NCBI GenBank assembly: GCA_018992565.1
Contig: JACVGW010000014.1
Coordinates: forward strand, 1-45,630
Origin: Theionarchaea archaeon
GTDB taxonomy: Archaea > Methanobacteriota_B > Thermococci > Methanofastidiosales > SZ-28-30
DNA length: 45,630 bases
Reading direction: 5' to 3'
In this document: piece by piece, positions 42,069 through 45,630 of the stretch
Numbering within the stretch: the stretch's first letter is position 1
How the letters are laid out: each line of letters opens with the position of its first letter
The notes under the pieces: model-generated
Told to the model about the DNA's origin: nothing
The model's input: only the letters and a program-made list of their open reading frames with translations
Database searches by the model: none
Translations under genes and position numbers: made by a program

Positions 42069-42208
42069 GAGCTTCCTTTTACCAACCAAAATATATAGGT
42101 TGTGGTGGGAACAGTAATGACTATAGCACCATCAGCTGTCGAAATCTATCAAATCTTATCGTGCTGCACTGCCAAAGTTTTATAAAGTTATCTATCTACC
42201 CTTCGGTG

Positions 42209-42279
42209 GCGGCTGTAGTCTAGTGGTAGGACTCAAGCCCCCCAAGCTTGCGACGCGGGTTCGAATCCCGCCAGCCGCA
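42209..42279 (+). tRNA. tRNA-Gly(CCC), no encoded CCA
   Basis: Acceptor GCGGCTG/CAGCCGC, anticodon arm CAAGC-CCCCCAA-GCTTG, T arm GCGGG-TTCGAAT-CCCGC. TTTATAAA TATA about 25 bp upstream. Confidence 0.95.
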
Positions 42280-42412
42280 TTTCTGCTGGGTTCTCCTTTT
42301 GACACCGAGGTCAGGACAGGGCTTCATCTCTGGAGTGCGTAACCTGTACTGTAGACTCTACATTGTGGGCTCCGGACCGCAAACCTATTTAAAAGCATTT
42401 CAAAAGAGCACT

Positions 42413-44047
42413 ATGAAGCAAGCATTTGATAGGCTCCAGAAAGAATTCATGGAAGTATGCTTCAGCAGGCGTCCTCAGGAAGCAAGTTATCTTGGATTCA
42501 CTGAGTATGATGCAAGAATGCCTTCGGGGAATCTTGATGATCGAGTAAGAGAAATAAAGCAGGATAGAGAATTCCTGGATAGGTTTTGCGATATTAACAA
42601 AGAAAACCTGGATTTTGACCAGAGGATTTCCCTGAAATTGGCAATTCATAAGCTGAAGATTTGGTTATTCGTGGATGAGACCCTTCAGCATTATTTGATG
42701 GATCCCAATGCGTCAAATGAAATTTCCTCAGCCCTGAACAGTCTGTTCATACGAGAGGAACCTGAGAGGTTCTATCCCATCCTGCGGAGGCTCGAGCAGA
42801 CTCCCCAGTACATTGAAGATTTCAAGAGCAGAATAGTCCACCCTACGAAATTGTGGACAGAAATGGCCATAGAAGCAGCAGAAGGGCTGCTAGAGTTCTT
42901 GCCCCTCATAGTGGCTGCAGCCAGAGAAGAAGCTCCTCACATTGCAGAATCTATAGAAGACGCAGGCAAGACTGTAGAGAAATCGTTGCTCAGTTACATT
43001 TCCTTCCTCCGTAAGGTTCTTCCTCAGGCCACCACCCCCTGGGTTATGGGTAAAGAGAACTTTGAAGTGCTCCTTAAGCTCAGGAAAATACCCTATACCA
43101 GTACTGAAATCCTGGAAATGGGGAAGAAGTGGCTTAAAGAGGAAAAGGAGACCATGAAAGAGCTGGCACGTACCATTGACTCCAAAAAATCTATAGGTGA
43201 CATTACCAAAATGGTAAAATCACAGCACCCCCCTACCTTTGACCGTGTTCTGGAGCTGTACCGCACGTATATAGAGAAGTCCAGAGACTTTGTAATTGCT
43301 AACGACATTGTGACAATGCCTGAAAATGAGGTTTTGGTAGTGCAGGAAACTCCTTCCTACATCAGATACCAGCTGCCTTTTGCTGCATATATGGCTGCTC
43401 CTGCTGTAGGGAACCGGATTGGTCACTACTGGGTCACTCCTCCCGAGGATACAAAGAGTCTGGATGAACATTCCGAACCCGCAATAGCCAACACCTCCGT
43501 TCATGAAGCATATCCTGGCCATCACATTCAGATTTTTTGCAGTAACAGCCATCCTCACCTGTTGCGATGGGCTTTTACTCCCTCTGATGTTTATGCAAAA
43601 TATGTATCTGAGGGTCCTGAGCTCATTGAAGGATGGGCTCACTACTGTGAAGAATATATGCTCCAGAAAGGGTTCAGTGCCACTCCTGAACACAGATTTA
43701 TTAAGGCACTGTGGGGCAGATTCCGTGCTATCCGAATTGTCGCAGATGTGCAGCTCTCAACGGGAAACATGACGTTTGATGAAGCTGTAACCTTCCTGCA
43801 GACAGAAGGGGGACTCCCTCTGTATGCCGCGAGAGCAGAGGTCAAGAGGTACACGCTGGGTCCATCATATCCCTTGTCATATCTCCTGGGAAAGCACATG
43901 GTAACCGATTTGAAGGGCAGGGTGCAGCAGATGATGGGGTCCCAGTTTACAGATAAATTCTTCCATGATACCCTTATTTATGAAGGAACCATGCCACTGG
44001 CTCTGCTGGAGGAGATATTCACCTATAGATCGAAGAATCTTCTTTAA
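42413..44047 (+). CDS. DUF885 family protein (putative metallopeptidase)
   Basis: HEAYPGHH, EGWAHYCE, RAIRIVAD, EVKRY..P.YPLSYLLGK. Start moved to ATG 42413, after ATTTAAAAG. Confidence 0.88.
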   Translation: MKQAFDRLQKEFMEVCFSRRPQEASYLGFTEYDARMPSGNLDDRVREIKQDREFLDRFCDINKENLDFDQRISLKLAIHKLKIWLFVDETLQHYLMDPNASNEISSALNSLFIREEPERFYPILRRLEQTPQYIEDFKSRIVHPTKLWTEMAIEAAEGLLEFLPLIVAAAREEAPHIAESIEDAGKTVEKSLLSYISFLRKVLPQATTPWVMGKENFEVLLKLRKIPYTSTEILEMGKKWLKEEKETMKELARTIDSKKSIGDITKMVKSQHPPTFDRVLELYRTYIEKSRDFVIANDIVTMPENEVLVVQETPSYIRYQLPFAAYMAAPAVGNRIGHYWVTPPEDTKSLDEHSEPAIANTSVHEAYPGHHIQIFCSNSHPHLLRWAFTPSDVYAKYVSEGPELIEGWAHYCEEYMLQKGFSATPEHRFIKALWGRFRAIRIVADVQLSTGNMTFDEAVTFLQTEGGLPLYAARAEVKRYTLGPSYPLSYLLGKHMVTDLKGRVQQMMGSQFTDKFFHDTLIYEGTMPLALLEEIFTYRSKNLL

Positions 44048-44113
44048 CACGTGGAAAGGTAGACGCCCACGGAAGAGAATGCAAGAGAGCGTACAAAAGA
44101 AAAATGAGGAGAA

Positions 44114-44614
44114 CTATAAACTATCATAGACTGCTTTGAACGTGTTGAAGCTTTCTTCTGAATACAGGACAAATATCACCTCAAAGGATCCAGGGTGACG
44201 GATGACTTCCTTGAGCATGACCTCGGCACATTGCTTCAGAGGGAAACCACCCACTCCCGTGCCCAGTGCAGGAAAGGCCACACTTGTTACTCCAAGGCTT
44301 TCTGCTCTCTTCAGAGTGTTTCTGGTAGCCTTTCGAATCAGCTCTTCGTCTGTTTTCAGGTTCTGGCCCATTACTGCAGCATGAATCACATAGCGGGCAG
44401 GTAGTGCACCTGCACCTGTCTCTACAGCGTCTCCCACAGGTATAGGACCCTTCTTCACTGCTTCATCTTCAATTTTCTGCCCTCCTCTTCTCTTCAGGGC
44501 CCCAGCAACTCCCGCCCCCATCCACAGGTGGTTATTTGCCGCGTTAACGACAGCATCTACTTCAGTGCTGGATATGTCCCCTTTTACTATTCGTATTTTG
44601 TCCTTAGTAGTCAT
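44114..44614 (-). CDS. Macrodomain protein (YmdB/MacroD-like ADP-ribose hydrolase)
   Basis: [38 protein letters not shown]. Confidence 0.93.
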   Translation of the reverse strand: MTTKDKIRIVKGDISSTEVDAVVNAANNHLWMGAGVAGALKRRGGQKIEDEAVKKGPIPVGDAVETGAGALPARYVIHAAVMGQNLKTDEELIRKATRNTLKRAESLGVTSVAFPALGTGVGGFPLKQCAEVMLKEVIRHPGSFEVIFVLYSEESFNTFKAVYDSL

Positions 44615-45443
44615 AGAACCCTTTTCCTGTCTTCCTCCCCAGATACCCGGCCTCCACCATTTTTACCAGCAAAGGACAGGGTCGGTACTTACTGTCTTTG
44701 TATCCCTCATACAGAACATTCATTACTGCCAGTACTACGTCCAGTCCCACAAGGTCAGCGAGAGCAAGAGGACCCATGGGATGATTCATGCCCAGTTTCA
44801 TCACCGTATCAATCGCTTCCTTGGATCCAATTCCTTCATACAGGCAGAAAACTGCTTCGTTGATCATAGGACATAATATCCTGTTAGAAATGAATCCTGG
44901 GTAATCATTGGCTTCTACAGGGGTCTTTCCCAGTTGCTGAGCCAGCTCCACAGTCTTCCTCATGGTCTCATCAGAGGTGGGCAGTGCCCTGATAATCTCC
45001 ACCAGCTTCATCAATGGAACAGGATTCATAAAGTGCATACCAATGACTTTGCCCGGCCTCGAGGTTGTAGCTGCCAGTTCTGTGATTGGCAAGCTGGATG
45101 TGTTGGTAGCCAGAATACTATTTGGGGAGACAATGGCATCCAGTTCCCTGAATATGTCCTTCTTGAGACTCAGATTCTCAGTAGCAGCTTCAATAACAAA
45201 TTCTGCGCCTTTAACATCCTGTAAATCTAAGGTACCCTGCAGTCTGGACAGTATGTCCTTCATTTCTGCGTCTGAGATCTTCTCCTTTTCAACGAATTTA
45301 GAAAGGCTCTTCTCAATGATTGAGAATCCCCGGTCAATGAACTTCTGTTCAATATCACGCATGACTACATCATGTCCTGCCATGGCACATACCTGGGCAA
45401 TCCCATTCCCCATGGTGCCTGCACCAATAACAGCAATCTTCAT
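44604..45443 (-). CDS. hbd: 3-hydroxybutyryl-CoA (3-hydroxyacyl-CoA) dehydrogenase
   Basis: [48 protein letters not shown]. Confidence 0.94.
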   Translation of the reverse strand: MKIAVIGAGTMGNGIAQVCAMAGHDVVMRDIEQKFIDRGFSIIEKSLSKFVEKEKISDAEMKDILSRLQGTLDLQDVKGAEFVIEAATENLSLKKDIFRELDAIVSPNSILATNTSSLPITELAATTSRPGKVIGMHFMNPVPLMKLVEIIRALPTSDETMRKTVELAQQLGKTPVEANDYPGFISNRILCPMINEAVFCLYEGIGSKEAIDTVMKLGMNHPMGPLALADLVGLDVVLAVMNVLYEGYKDSKYRPCPLLVKMVEAGYLGRKTGKGFYDY

Positions 45444-45630
45444 ACAATCACCTGCCTCTCTTTTCCCATCACCTTAAAAGGGTTTACTATCTTGTTATCA
45501 TGTGTCATTGATTTCGTATGGACGAAATGTTCGCAGTCGAGAGGCTGTGAGTGAATCTGTATCAGTATTTCCATGTCTTCACATTCATTATACCAGCACA
45601 TATTCTACCTTTGTCTTTCCTTTTTTCTCT

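Noticed and set aside
42248..42412. N-terminal extension of DUF885 in the ORF track
   Set aside because: It begins inside tRNA-Gly. A TATA and ATG at 42413 give the credible start.

Overview
Archaeal chromosomal core region of moderate GC, with no transposase, integrase, prophage or CRISPR array visible. Gene content suggests an anaerobic euryarchaeote, possibly Thermococci-related such as Theionarchaea (inference only). It contains two tRNAs (Arg-GCG, Gly-CCC), Nob1/NAD kinase, an XPD-like helicase, argF and a beta-propeller membrane protein. A cyclic 2,3-diphosphoglycerate (cDPG) operon (cpgS, 2-PG kinase, CBS protein, tandem metallophosphoesterase) is divergent from a probable oriC with ORB boxes and cdc6/orc1. 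Next come a heat-shock operon (HSR1/Phr-like regulator, Zn-ribbon-Hsp20, grpE-dnaK-dnaJ), dph5-DUF357, hypF, a nucleoside phosphorylase, a complete A1Ao ATP synthase operon with a Na+-type c subunit, a PhoU-type regulator, an hdrC-hdrB-FeS-flavoprotein operon, an M24 peptidase, DUF885, a macrodomain protein and hbd. The best leads are an unannotated structured RNA candidate upstream of hypF, a candidate cDPG-degrading enzyme with one intact and one degenerate domain, an HSR1-type operator in front of the DnaK operon, a split thiol:fumarate-reductase-like system, and a tRNA-Gly with C33. All calls come from reading motifs by eye; no searches were run.
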